A stretch of DNA of 64,000 bases, from positions 1,307-65,306 of the forward strand of contig JACZSM010000007.1 in assembly GCA_022574185.1 (NCBI GenBank). The letters are read 5' to 3'. This DNA is from Pseudomonadota bacterium. GTDB taxonomy: Bacteria; Pseudomonadota; Gammaproteobacteria; Steroidobacterales; Woeseiaceae. The notes under the pieces were generated by a model, which was not told where the DNA came from, made no database searches, and saw nothing but the letters and a program-made list of their open reading frames with translations. This document shows, one piece after another, positions 9,517 to 18,919 of the stretch. Position 1 is the stretch's first letter. Every line of letters begins with the position of its first letter. The position numbers and the translations under genes are program-made.

Positions 9517-10152
9517 TTACATGAAGAAACCATGGTGCGAGCCAACCATGCTCATTACCAATGGAATCGACATGAGCGTATTCGAGCGTGACGCCATGAA
9601 GGCAACGCTGCGGGCCTTCGCAATCTCGTCGGCGCTCGCCTCGACCATGCCGAGAATTTTCTTTTGATTCGGCCAGATCAGAACCCATACATTGAAAAGC
9701 ATGATGGTGCCGAGCCAGGCGCCAATGCCTATCGTCATTGCCCATTGGTTGACTGTGTCGCCCAGCATCCCAAGTGCGAAGGCGTCATCCAAATTGCCAA
9801 GCGCATTGCCTGGACCGGCGCCGAAGCGCAGCAGGTAGATAGCGCCAGTCAGCCAGGTGGCCAGTGCTGACCAGCGAAACCACCACAACGCCCGCGGCGC
9901 GACGTATTTGGTAATGCCGGCGCCACCAGGACCGCCATCGTCGCTCGCTGCATCGCCGAGGGCCGGTACCTGCACAAAATTGAAGTAATAGAGGAGACCG
10001 ATCCAGGTAATGCCAGCCAGTACGTGCAACATGAGGATCACCGAAAGTTCCGGGCTGATCGTCAAGTGCATGCCCTTGGTCGCCAGCGCGAGAATAACGG
10101 CCAGTACAACGCCACTGATGATAGTGCCAGCAATGCTTTTCAAAGGATTCAT
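9517..10152 (-). CDS. Integral membrane protein, function unknown
   Basis: 211 aa with about 5 predicted TM helices. The motif HVLAGITWIGLLYYFNFVQ recalls the membrane part of PuuD-type proteins, but no cytochrome c domain is present. Confidence 0.5.
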   Translation of the reverse strand: MNPLKSIAGTIISGVVLAVILALATKGMHLTISPELSVILMLHVLAGITWIGLLYYFNFVQVPALGDAASDDGGPGGAGITKYVAPRALWWFRWSALATWLTGAIYLLRFGAGPGNALGNLDDAFALGMLGDTVNQWAMTIGIGAWLGTIMLFNVWVLIWPNQKKILGMVEASADEIAKARSVAFMASRSNTLMSIPLVMSMVGSHHGFFM

Positions 10153-10240
10153 GATGGGGTTCTCCCTCCTGTTGTTTTCGTTATTACCGCTATTCTAGAC
10201 CAATTCTAGGTACAATCGCGACAATGAATGGAGGCTCCTG

Positions 10241-10585
10241 ATGCGGTTTTCGATGGCCTTGGTCATGATCTTAGGCTTATCAGGCTGCACGGCACTCATG
10301 GTGGGCGGCGGCGCGGCCGGCGGTGGCTATCAAACGAGCAAGGATGAGCGCTCAGAATCGCTGATCGCCGCAGATGCGGCGCTTTCGACGAGTATCATGA
10401 GACAATATGCCGCTCAAACGAGCCTGAGCACGTTCAATATCGGGGTGCGCACGACCATGAGGTTGGTGACGTTGTCAGGCACGGTTGACAGCTATGCAGC
10501 ACGCGAACTGGCGGAAAAACTGGCCATTGACACGAACGGTGTCAAAGCCGTTGACAATCAAATCAGGGTAAGAGCAACAGAGTAG
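10241..10585 (+). CDS. BON-domain lipoprotein (OsmY-like)
   Basis: Lipobox LGLSGC. The BON signature is VTLSGTVDSYAARELAEKLAIDTNGVKAVDNQIRV. Confidence 0.75.
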   Translation: MRFSMALVMILGLSGCTALMVGGGAAGGGYQTSKDERSESLIAADAALSTSIMRQYAAQTSLSTFNIGVRTTMRLVTLSGTVDSYAARELAEKLAIDTNGVKAVDNQIRVRATE

Positions 10586-10597
10586 AGGATAGCTTGA

Positions 10598-10909
10598 GTG
10601 GACATTAATACCAGAATCAAGAAACAACTGGATGAGCACGACATCTTGTTGTTCATGAAAGGCACTCCCGAATTTCCGCAATGCGGATTTTCAGGGCAGA
10701 CAGTTGCGGCGTTGAACGCAATTGGCAAACCATTCGCGTTTGTCAATATCTTTGAAGATCAGGAGATCCGTGAGGGACTCAAGGTCTATTCGAACTGGCC
10801 AACATTTCCGCAGCTTTACGTCAAGGGTGAATTGATCGGTGGTTCCGACATCGTTGTCGAGATGTACAAATCAGGCGAGTTGAAGAAACTGCTTGATGAA
10901 GCTGCGTGA
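10598..10909 (+). CDS. grxD: Monothiol glutaredoxin, Grx4 family
   Basis: CGFS active site (PEFPQCGFSGQ), WPTFPQLYVKGELIGGSDI, 103 aa, GTG start. Confidence 0.9.
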   Translation: MDINTRIKKQLDEHDILLFMKGTPEFPQCGFSGQTVAALNAIGKPFAFVNIFEDQEIREGLKVYSNWPTFPQLYVKGELIGGSDIVVEMYKSGELKKLLDEAA

Positions 10910-10937
10910 AGAGTCACGCTGACCGAGAAAAACGTCT

Positions 10938-11558
10938 CTAAAGCGCAGTCCGATACACTGGTTGAAACCGATTGACGACCTCGCAGAACAGATCGGCGGT
11001 GATCTCGGCGTCGTAAGCGGCCGAATGCGCCGAATCCTCATCCCACTTGAAACCAGCGGCGACTGCGGCGCGGGCAAGCACCGTCTGGCCGAAAGCGACG
11101 CCGCATAATGTTGCAGTGTCAAAACAACTGAAAGTATGAAACGGATTGCGTTTGATCTCAGTCCGTGCGATAGCCGCATTGACAAACGCAAGGTCAAATG
11201 CGGCGTTGTGTCCGACGAGAATTGCCCGGCTGCAGTCATTGTCGCGCACAGCCTTGCGCACAGCGCGAAACAAGCGTTGCAGGGCGTCGCGCTCGTCTAT
11301 TGCCGGCCGCAGGGGGTGATCCGGGTCGATGCGGTTAATCGCCATCGAAGCCGGGTTCATATTCGAGCCTGCAAATGGTTTGACGTGATAGCGAATCGTC
11401 TCGCCACGCGTCAGAATACCGCCGTCGCCGAAGTCGACGAGGACAGCGGCAATTTCGAGTAGTGCGTCGGTACTGGCATTAAAACCACCTGTCTCGACGT
11501 CGACAACCACGGGCAGGAATCCGCGAAAACGATTCGCCATGCAAGGATCGTCACTCAC
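10938..11558 (-). CDS. rnt: Ribonuclease T
   Basis: DEDDh exonuclease motifs: PVVVDVETGGFN, GHNAAFDLAF and HSAAYDAE. The 206-aa length is typical. Its position next to grxD matches E. coli. Confidence 0.9.
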   Translation of the reverse strand: MSDDPCMANRFRGFLPVVVDVETGGFNASTDALLEIAAVLVDFGDGGILTRGETIRYHVKPFAGSNMNPASMAINRIDPDHPLRPAIDERDALQRLFRAVRKAVRDNDCSRAILVGHNAAFDLAFVNAAIARTEIKRNPFHTFSCFDTATLCGVAFGQTVLARAAVAAGFKWDEDSAHSAAYDAEITADLFCEVVNRFQPVYRTAL

Positions 11559-13067
11559 CTAGTGATCTTCCTGCATGAGTTTCTCGTCGATGATGAGACT
11601 CATGGTATAGCGAACTCCGAAGCCCGTAACCTCTGTCGGTATATGTCCCAGCCCACCCTTATGATTGCTTGCGGCAAGGTCGATATGGACCCATGGTGTG
11701 TCGTTCTCGATGAATTCCGCAAGAAAGCTCGCGGCGAGAATATGGTCGCCGGCCGGATCTGCGGAGCATTGCTGTATATCGGCGACGTCGCTGTGCAAAT
11801 CTTCGAGAAATTCTTTGCCGATTGGAAACGGCCAGACGCGTTCTCCGCAATTCTGACCGATCCGTTTGAGGCGTGGATGCCAGTCAGGGCGATTCGTGAA
11901 CACACCGCTGTAGCGAGTTGTGATTGCATTGACAACGGCTCCGGTCAGGGTTGCGTAGTCGATTATGAGTTTCGGCTTGTCGCGGCTCGCAAACACGAGC
12001 GTGTCCGCAAGCACCATGCGGCCTTCAGCATCCGTATGAATGGTCTGGATGGTCTTGCCGTTCGCGGCTGTTACGACGTCCTGAGACTTGTACGCGTTCG
12101 GACCCGTGCGGTTTTCGGTGATCGCAATCCAGCAATCAACCGCCAGTGGCAGTCCGAGATCGGTAATCGCCAGCAGCGTGCCAATGGCAATCGCACTGCC
12201 CTGCATGTCTCCGTGCATGTCGAGCATCGAGGCGAATGGCTTGAGATTAGTGCCACCCGTATCAAAGATGATGCCTTTGCCGACAAGACTGAGTTCGGGT
12301 TTGGCTTTGGCTGCGCCAGGCCTGTAACGGAGACGAACGATCGACGCGCTGTCGTTGTCGTTGCCTTGTGCGACAGCGAGGAATGCACCCGCACCGAGTT
12401 TTTCCAATGCCTTCGAATCGAATCGCGTGTACTGCCAATTGCGCTGCCTGGCCAGGTTTTTGAGTAAATCCGAGTAGTTCTGGGCATCGAGTTTGTTCGG
12501 TGGCAATACCGTCAGCCATCGTGCCAGGTTGTTGCCATTGGCTTCAGCCGCCGTACGTTCGAGATCCATTTTTGCACCGAGCCCGATAATTCGAATGCTG
12601 CGAATCTTTGGCCGTTCGGGCTTGTTCTTGTAACTCGGCAAGCAAAAGCTGGCCGCGAGCGCGGCGGCCAAGGCCGCCTCGCACAATGCCTGTTGCTCGT
12701 CGCTATCGAATCCAGCGACGAGGATACCGAGACAGCCGGCTTTTTCGGTCGTCACCGCCGCGACGAGGATGCGTGCCAGGGTCAATTTCTCGAATGCGCT
12801 CGCGCTCGTGGCGATCTGTCCCGCCACGACGAGTGTCTGGCGTTTGTTGGTAAGCCTGGCGTGCAGGGCAGGATTGTCGCCGGCCGGGCGCTTTCTCAGC
12901 AGCGCCTTTAATTTACCGCCCTGCGGTATTTCTCGCCAGACGGCGCTCTTGGGACGCTTGGGCAATATCAGCAGCAACTGATCGATACTTGCAAGCGTCT
13001 TCGAATTTACTCGGCCTAGCGTTTGGCTACAGCGAATTTCGCGAAATTCCGGCATCGTGTTCTGCAT
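11559..13067 (-). CDS. M17 family leucyl-aminopeptidase-like metallopeptidase (paralog of pepA)
   Basis: Motifs VGKGIIFDTGGTNLKP and HTDAEGRMVLAD. The start is placed at the internal ATG (MQNTMPEF), since the track start would almost abut aceE. Confidence 0.8.
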   Translation of the reverse strand: MQNTMPEFREIRCSQTLGRVNSKTLASIDQLLLILPKRPKSAVWREIPQGGKLKALLRKRPAGDNPALHARLTNKRQTLVVAGQIATSASAFEKLTLARILVAAVTTEKAGCLGILVAGFDSDEQQALCEAALAAALAASFCLPSYKNKPERPKIRSIRIIGLGAKMDLERTAAEANGNNLARWLTVLPPNKLDAQNYSDLLKNLARQRNWQYTRFDSKALEKLGAGAFLAVAQGNDNDSASIVRLRYRPGAAKAKPELSLVGKGIIFDTGGTNLKPFASMLDMHGDMQGSAIAIGTLLAITDLGLPLAVDCWIAITENRTGPNAYKSQDVVTAANGKTIQTIHTDAEGRMVLADTLVFASRDKPKLIIDYATLTGAVVNAITTRYSGVFTNRPDWHPRLKRIGQNCGERVWPFPIGKEFLEDLHSDVADIQQCSADPAGDHILAASFLAEFIENDTPWVHIDLAASNHKGGLGHIPTEVTGFGVRYTMSLIIDEKLMQEDH

Positions 13068-13186
13068 ACAATACAAACCCCTGTCAAGTGCTTGACCGGC
13101 AAGGCGCAAACGCCGACTATGACGTCCCCAATAAACCAATGGGCCGATCTGCCGCAGCGCGGCAGTGGTTGTATTGTGGATGATTT

Positions 13187-15850
13187 ATGAGCAGTTTCAA
13201 TCCTTTCGATGATATTGATCCGATCGAGACCGGCGAGTGGCTCGAATCGATCGATTCTGTCCTCGTTCAGCACGGTCCCGAACGGGCACATTTCCTCCTC
13301 AATCACATGATTGAATTCGCACGTCGATCCGGTGCGTATCTTCCCTACAGTCCGAACACGGCCTACCTCAATACGATCGCGACGGGGCGACAACCCGACT
13401 ATCCGGGCGATCGCTCTCTCGAGAGTAAAATCGAGGCCTATATCCGCTGGAATGCAATGGCGATGGTGGTGCGGGCCAATCGGGTCAGTTCCGAGTATGG
13501 CGGGCATATTTCGAGTTACGCGTCATCGGCGACGCTTTACGAAGTCGGTTTCAATCATTTCTGGCGCGCACCGACCGCAGAGCACCAGGGCGACATGATT
13601 TTCTATCAAGGTCATTCATCGCCTGGCATTTATGCCCGCGCCTATCTTGAAGGACGCATGGATGAAAACCAATTGAATCGTTTTCGCCGCGAAGTCGGCG
13701 GAGGTGGTTTGTCATCGTATCCGCATCCATGGCTAATGCCCGACTTCTGGCAGTTCCCGACCGTGTCGATGGGGCTTGGGCCCATGATGGCGAGCTACCA
13801 GGCGCGCTTCATGCGTTACCTGGAGAACCGTGAGCTCATGCCACCGTCAGACCGCAAGGTCTGGTGCTTTCTTGGCGATGGCGAAATGGATGAGCCTGAA
13901 TCAATGGGTGCGATCACGATGCCGGTGCGCGAAGGACTCGATAATCTCATCTTCGTCGTCAATTGCAATCTGCAACGGCTCGACGGCCCGGTCCGTGGCA
14001 ACGGCAAAATCATCCAGGAACTCGAAGCAGCATTCGGCGGTGCCGGGTGGAATGTCATTAAGGTTGTCTGGGGGTCGCGCTGGGATCCATTGCTTGCCAA
14101 AGACCACAACGGCGCGCTGCGCAAGGTGATGGAAGAGACCGTTGATGGCGAGTATCAGGTCTACAAGGCGCGCGACGGCGCCTATGTGCGTAAAGAATTT
14201 TTCGGCAAGAATCCGGAGGCCGAGGAATTGGTGGCCGATATGTCCGACGAGGAGATCTGGAACCTGAATCGCGGCGGCCATGATCCATTGAAAGTCTATG
14301 CGGCCTACGATGCAGCGATTCGTCATACCGGCCAGCCGACGATCATTCTTGCCAAAACGGTGAAAGGATACGGCATGGGTGCCGCCGGGGAAGGGCAGAA
14401 TACGGCACATCAGCAAAAGAAACTGGATATCGACGCCATCAAGGAAATGCGCGACCGGTTCAATATTCCGATCTCCGACGAGAATATTGAAGACGTTCCC
14501 TATTACAAGCCTGCTGCTGACAGTTTGGAGCTCGAGTATATGCATGAGCGGCGGCGCGCATTGGGTGGTTTTCTGCCGCAGCGCCGCAGGAAAGCTACCG
14601 CGCTGCCAGTGCCACCGTTAGAGACCTTCCGCACCCAGCTCGAGGGAACCGGCGAGCGCGAAGCGTCAACCACGATGGCTTTCGTGCGTATCCTGACCAC
14701 GCTGGTAAAAGACAAGCAGATCGGCAGGCATATCGTGCCAATCGTGCCCGATGAAGCACGCACTTTCGGCATGGAAGGCATGTTTCGCCAGATCGGCATC
14801 TATTCGTCGAAAGGCCAGCTGTATACGCCCGAGGATGCCGGCGAGCTCATGTATTACCGTGAGGACACGAAGGGCCAGATCCTCGAGGAGGGCATCAACG
14901 AAGCCGGTGCATTTTGCTCCTGGCTCGCGGCGGGCACTGCGTACTCGAATCACAACATGCAAATGGTGCCGTTCTTCATTTATTACTCGATGTTTGGCTT
15001 CCAGCGTATTGGTGACTTCATCTGGGCGGGCGGTGATCAGCAGTCACGCGGATTTCTGATCGGTGGCACGGCGGGTCGTACGACACTGGCAGGTGAGGGC
15101 CTGCAGCACCAGGACGGTCACAGTCTTGTCAATGCCGGAAGCATACCGAATTGCATCGCCTACGATCCGACCTATGCCTACGAACTTGCTGTCATCATCC
15201 AGGAGGGTCTGCGGCGCATGATCGGCGAGCAGGAGGACATTTTCTACTACATCACCTGCATGAACGAGAATTATGTGCAGCCGCCGATGCCTGCCGGAGT
15301 GGAGGACGGCATTCTCAGGGGCATGTACCTGTTGCAGGTGGGTGGGCAGGGCAAAATTCGCGTGCAACTCATGGGTTCGGGCACGATTCTTCGTGAGGTG
15401 CTGGGCGCGGCAGAAATTCTTGAGACAGACTTCGGCATACCGTCCGATGTCTGGTCGGTCACGAGTTTTAACGAGTTGCGGCGCGACGCGCTCACAGTCG
15501 AACGTTGGAACCAGTTGCATCCGGAAGACGAGCCGCGCAAATGCTACATTGAAGAGTGCCTGGCCAATCGACCCGGTCCCTATATTGCGGCGACGGATTA
15601 TATGAAGATCGTGCCCGATCAAATTCAACGCTGGGTGCCTGGAAGTTTCATTTCCTTGGGCACGGATGGTTACGGTCGCAGCGACGCCCGCAAAGCGCTG
15701 CGGCAGCACTTCGAAATCGATCAGCGTTACATTGCTTTGACCGCGTTGAATGCGCTGGCCGATGATGGTGTGCTCGATCAGAAAACCGTTGCACAGGCAA
15801 TCCACAAATTCGGTATCGATCCGGATCGGCCGGATCCGGTGACGCTGTAG
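13187..15850 (+). CDS. aceE: Pyruvate dehydrogenase E1 component (homodimeric type)
   Basis: 887 aa, with the typical AceE N-terminus DIDPIETGEWLESIDSV. It is followed by E2 and E3 genes. Confidence 0.95.
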   Translation: MSSFNPFDDIDPIETGEWLESIDSVLVQHGPERAHFLLNHMIEFARRSGAYLPYSPNTAYLNTIATGRQPDYPGDRSLESKIEAYIRWNAMAMVVRANRVSSEYGGHISSYASSATLYEVGFNHFWRAPTAEHQGDMIFYQGHSSPGIYARAYLEGRMDENQLNRFRREVGGGGLSSYPHPWLMPDFWQFPTVSMGLGPMMASYQARFMRYLENRELMPPSDRKVWCFLGDGEMDEPESMGAITMPVREGLDNLIFVVNCNLQRLDGPVRGNGKIIQELEAAFGGAGWNVIKVVWGSRWDPLLAKDHNGALRKVMEETVDGEYQVYKARDGAYVRKEFFGKNPEAEELVADMSDEEIWNLNRGGHDPLKVYAAYDAAIRHTGQPTIILAKTVKGYGMGAAGEGQNTAHQQKKLDIDAIKEMRDRFNIPISDENIEDVPYYKPAADSLELEYMHERRRALGGFLPQRRRKATALPVPPLETFRTQLEGTGEREASTTMAFVRILTTLVKDKQIGRHIVPIVPDEARTFGMEGMFRQIGIYSSKGQLYTPEDAGELMYYREDTKGQILEEGINEAGAFCSWLAAGTAYSNHNMQMVPFFIYYSMFGFQRIGDFIWAGGDQQSRGFLIGGTAGRTTLAGEGLQHQDGHSLVNAGSIPNCIAYDPTYAYELAVIIQEGLRRMIGEQEDIFYYITCMNENYVQPPMPAGVEDGILRGMYLLQVGGQGKIRVQLMGSGTILREVLGAAEILETDFGIPSDVWSVTSFNELRRDALTVERWNQLHPEDEPRKCYIEECLANRPGPYIAATDYMKIVPDQIQRWVPGSFISLGTDGYGRSDARKALRQHFEIDQRYIALTALNALADDGVLDQKTVAQAIHKFGIDPDRPDPVTL

Positions 15851-15872
15851 GCGGGCCGGCGGGAATTCGATA

Positions 15873-17501
15873 TTGGCGCACACGATTGAATTAATCATTC
15901 CCGACCTTGGCGACTTTGAGAATGTCGAGGTGATCGAGCTGCTCGTTGCGGTGGGCGACGAAGTTGCCAGGGAAGACGGGCTCATCACGGTCGAGACAGA
16001 CAAGGCCGCGATGGATATACCGTCGCCCGAAAACGGTTCCATCGAGGCATTGAGCGTTGCCGTTGGCGATACGGTATCGACGGGTGACGTTATCGGCAAG
16101 TTGTCGATCGAGGTGGGCGACACTGTCCTTATTACGCCCGCACTCATGCATCCCCCGTCGGGTGAAACGACAGTACTCGCGATGCCCGCCGGCGGGCCGC
16201 TCAAGACCGGCGTCGTACAGACACTGGTTGTGCCTGCGTTAGGCGAATTCGAGGACGTCGAGGTTATCGAGGTCTTCATTTCCAAGGGCGATCAGATCGA
16301 AGTCGAAGACGCGCTGGTCACTCTGGAAACCGACAAGGCCGCGATGGATGTGCCGGCCGTCGTCGGCGGGCGCATCGAGTCGGTGCTCGTGAAGGTTGGC
16401 GATAAAGTGTCCGAGGGGTCATCGCTGGCGATCATCGAGGCGGTTGCGCATGCAGTCGAGCCGTCTGCAACGGAAGCTGCTCCTGCGGATGCAACGTCGA
16501 CAAAATCCGCGCCAGTACCACCAGCGCCAGCCAAACCACCTGCAACACCGGTAGCACCTCTTGCCCCAGCCGCCTTCGACAACGCCGGTTTTTCGCGGGC
16601 CCATGCGAGTCCATCGGTCCGCAAGCTTGCTCGCGAGCTCGGCGTGGATCTCGTGCAAGTCAAAGGCAGTGGGCAAAAGGCGCGCATCGTTCACGATGAC
16701 GTCAAGGCATTCGTCAAGGGAATATTGACAGGCCAGACAGCTGCGAGTGCTGGTGGAGGCTTGCCGAAGACACCCAGCATTGATTTTTCCAAGTTTGGTG
16801 AAATCGAAACACAGCCATTGACGAGAATTCAGAAAATCGCAGGCCCGCGTTTGCAGGCGAGCTGGGTGAACCTGCCGCACGTCACGCAACACGATCTTGC
16901 CGATATCACAGATCTGGAGGAACGACGCCAGCAACTCAAAGGACCGGCCAGGGAACGCGGTATCTCGTTGACGCCGCTTGCGTTCATCATGAAAGCTTGT
17001 GCGGCAGCCCTCAAAGAATTTCCAAAAGTCAATGCATCGCTTGCCGACGACGGCGACAACATTATTTACAAGCATTATTGCCATCTCGGTTTCGCGGCCG
17101 ATACCGACCAGGGCCTGCTGGTGCCGGTCATCCGTGATGCGGATAAAAAGGATGTCTACGAACTTGCGACTGAACTTGCAAAACTCTCGGCTCTTGCTCG
17201 TGACGGCAAACTCAAGGGAGCACAGCTGCAAGGCGCGTCGTTTACGATCTCGAGTCTCGGTGGCATCGGCGGCACGGCTTTCACGCCGATCATAAACGCA
17301 CCGGAAGTCGCGATTCTGGGTGTATCGCGTTCGTCAATGCAAGCTGTCTGGAACGGCTCGGAGTTCGAACCACGCCTGATGCTGCCATTGTCGTTGTCCT
17401 ACGACCATCGCGTGATCGACGGCGCCGCGGCTGTTCGCTTCACGACCTATCTTGGCGAGCTGCTTGCTGATGTTGACCGCCTGCTTGAGGCGATTCCGTA
17501 G
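15873..17501 (+). CDS. aceF: Dihydrolipoyllysine-residue acetyltransferase (PDH E2), two lipoyl domains
   Basis: Two lipoyl-lysine motifs (ETDKAAMD twice), Ala/Pro-rich linkers, a subunit-binding domain (ASPSVRKLARELGVDL) and the catalytic motif SYDHRVIDGA. TTG start. Confidence 0.95.
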   Translation: MAHTIELIIPDLGDFENVEVIELLVAVGDEVAREDGLITVETDKAAMDIPSPENGSIEALSVAVGDTVSTGDVIGKLSIEVGDTVLITPALMHPPSGETTVLAMPAGGPLKTGVVQTLVVPALGEFEDVEVIEVFISKGDQIEVEDALVTLETDKAAMDVPAVVGGRIESVLVKVGDKVSEGSSLAIIEAVAHAVEPSATEAAPADATSTKSAPVPPAPAKPPATPVAPLAPAAFDNAGFSRAHASPSVRKLARELGVDLVQVKGSGQKARIVHDDVKAFVKGILTGQTAASAGGGLPKTPSIDFSKFGEIETQPLTRIQKIAGPRLQASWVNLPHVTQHDLADITDLEERRQQLKGPARERGISLTPLAFIMKACAAALKEFPKVNASLADDGDNIIYKHYCHLGFAADTDQGLLVPVIRDADKKDVYELATELAKLSALARDGKLKGAQLQGASFTISSLGGIGGTAFTPIINAPEVAILGVSRSSMQAVWNGSEFEPRLMLPLSLSYDHRVIDGAAAVRFTTYLGELLADVDRLLEAIP

Positions 17502-18904
17502 TGGCCGAACACAATGCGCAGCTGGTCGTCATCGGCTCGGGTCCTGGCGGGTACACGGCAGCGTTTCGTGCGGCCGATCTGGGTCTCGACGTCATACTCG
17601 TGGAGCGATATGACACGCTTGGCGGTGTTTGCCTGAATGTAGGTTGCATACCATCGAAGGCACTCCTGCACGCCGCCAAGGTTATCGACGATGCTGCGGC
17701 CATGGCCGAGCATGGCGTGACTTTTGGCAGGCCAAAAATCGATGCGCTCAAATTAAGTGCCTGGAAGAACGAGGTTGTCGGCAGGCTCACCAGCGGTATC
17801 ACGCAACTCGCGAAGGCGCGCAAGGTTCGCGTCATTCACGCCACAGCAAAATTTGCGTCGGCAAACACTCTGCGTCTCGACAATGACGAGACGATCGCGT
17901 TTGAGCAGTGCATCGTCGCGGCGGGGTCACAATGCGCCGAGCTGACCGGTCTGCCAGATGACCCGCGAATCATCGATTCGACGGGTGCTCTCGATATCAG
18001 TCCGTTGCCAAAGCGCCTGCTCGTTGTCGGCGGTGGCATTATCGGGCTCGAGATGGCCGGTGTGTACAGTGCGCTGGGCACGGACGTCAGTGTCGTCGAA
18101 TTGATGGATACGCTGATGCCGGGGACTGACCAGGACTTGTTGCGTCCGTTTCTCAAGATCGTCAAGCCACGTTATGGGTCGATCATGGTTGCAACGAAAG
18201 TGACCGGCATGCGGGCGACTGTGCCGGGCATAGAAGTCTCCTTCGAGGGCAAGAACGCGCCATCAATCGGTATTTACGACCGCGTACTGATTGCCGTTGG
18301 CCGACGCGCAAACGGTGACAAGCTCGACGCCGAAAAAGCCGGCGTCAATTTCAGCGAGCACGGCGTAATCGACGTTGACAAGCAGATGCGCACGAACGTG
18401 CCGCACATTTTTGCGATCGGTGACATCGTGCCGGGACCCATGCTCGCCCACAAAGCATCGCACGAGGCAAAAGTTGCTGCAGAGGTAGCCGCCGGAGAGA
18501 AAAGTTATTTCGACGCGCGCACGATTCCATCGGTTGCCTACACCGATCCCGAAATTGCCTGGGTCGGGCTGACCGAAACCGAGGCGAAAGAGCAGGGCGT
18601 CGACTACGACAAGACGCAAATTCCGTGGGCAGCGAGTGGCCGCGCCATGTCGTTGGGGCGTTCGGAAGGATTCACAAAACTACTGTGGGACAAGAGTAAC
18701 GGTCGTATTCTCGGCGGTGCGATCGTCGGCCCCAATGCGGGCGAACTCATCGCCGAGATCGGGCTTGCTATCGAGATGGGCGCCGATGCAGCAGACATCG
18801 GCCTGACGATTCATTCGCACCCAACACTATCCGAAACCATTGCATTCGCGGCCGAGGCTTATGCGGGTACATTGACCGATCTGTACCTGCCAAAGAAAAA
18901 ATAG
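17501..18904 (+). CDS. lpdA: Dihydrolipoyl dehydrogenase (E3)
   Basis: FAD motif VIGSGPGGYTAA and redox-active disulfide GGVCLNVGCIPSK. The GTG start overlaps the aceF stop by 1 nt. Confidence 0.95.
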   Translation: MAEHNAQLVVIGSGPGGYTAAFRAADLGLDVILVERYDTLGGVCLNVGCIPSKALLHAAKVIDDAAAMAEHGVTFGRPKIDALKLSAWKNEVVGRLTSGITQLAKARKVRVIHATAKFASANTLRLDNDETIAFEQCIVAAGSQCAELTGLPDDPRIIDSTGALDISPLPKRLLVVGGGIIGLEMAGVYSALGTDVSVVELMDTLMPGTDQDLLRPFLKIVKPRYGSIMVATKVTGMRATVPGIEVSFEGKNAPSIGIYDRVLIAVGRRANGDKLDAEKAGVNFSEHGVIDVDKQMRTNVPHIFAIGDIVPGPMLAHKASHEAKVAAEVAAGEKSYFDARTIPSVAYTDPEIAWVGLTETEAKEQGVDYDKTQIPWAASGRAMSLGRSEGFTKLLWDKSNGRILGGAIVGPNAGELIAEIGLAIEMGADAADIGLTIHSHPTLSETIAFAAEAYAGTLTDLYLPKKK

Positions 18905-18919
18905 CTGACAGATAATAGT

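Noticed and set aside
15044-16285. 413-aa ORF on the minus strand.
   Set aside because: It is fully antisense to aceE/aceF, which have unmistakable homology. The composition is low-complexity and Ser/Thr/Pro-rich, typical of a GC-driven open antisense frame.
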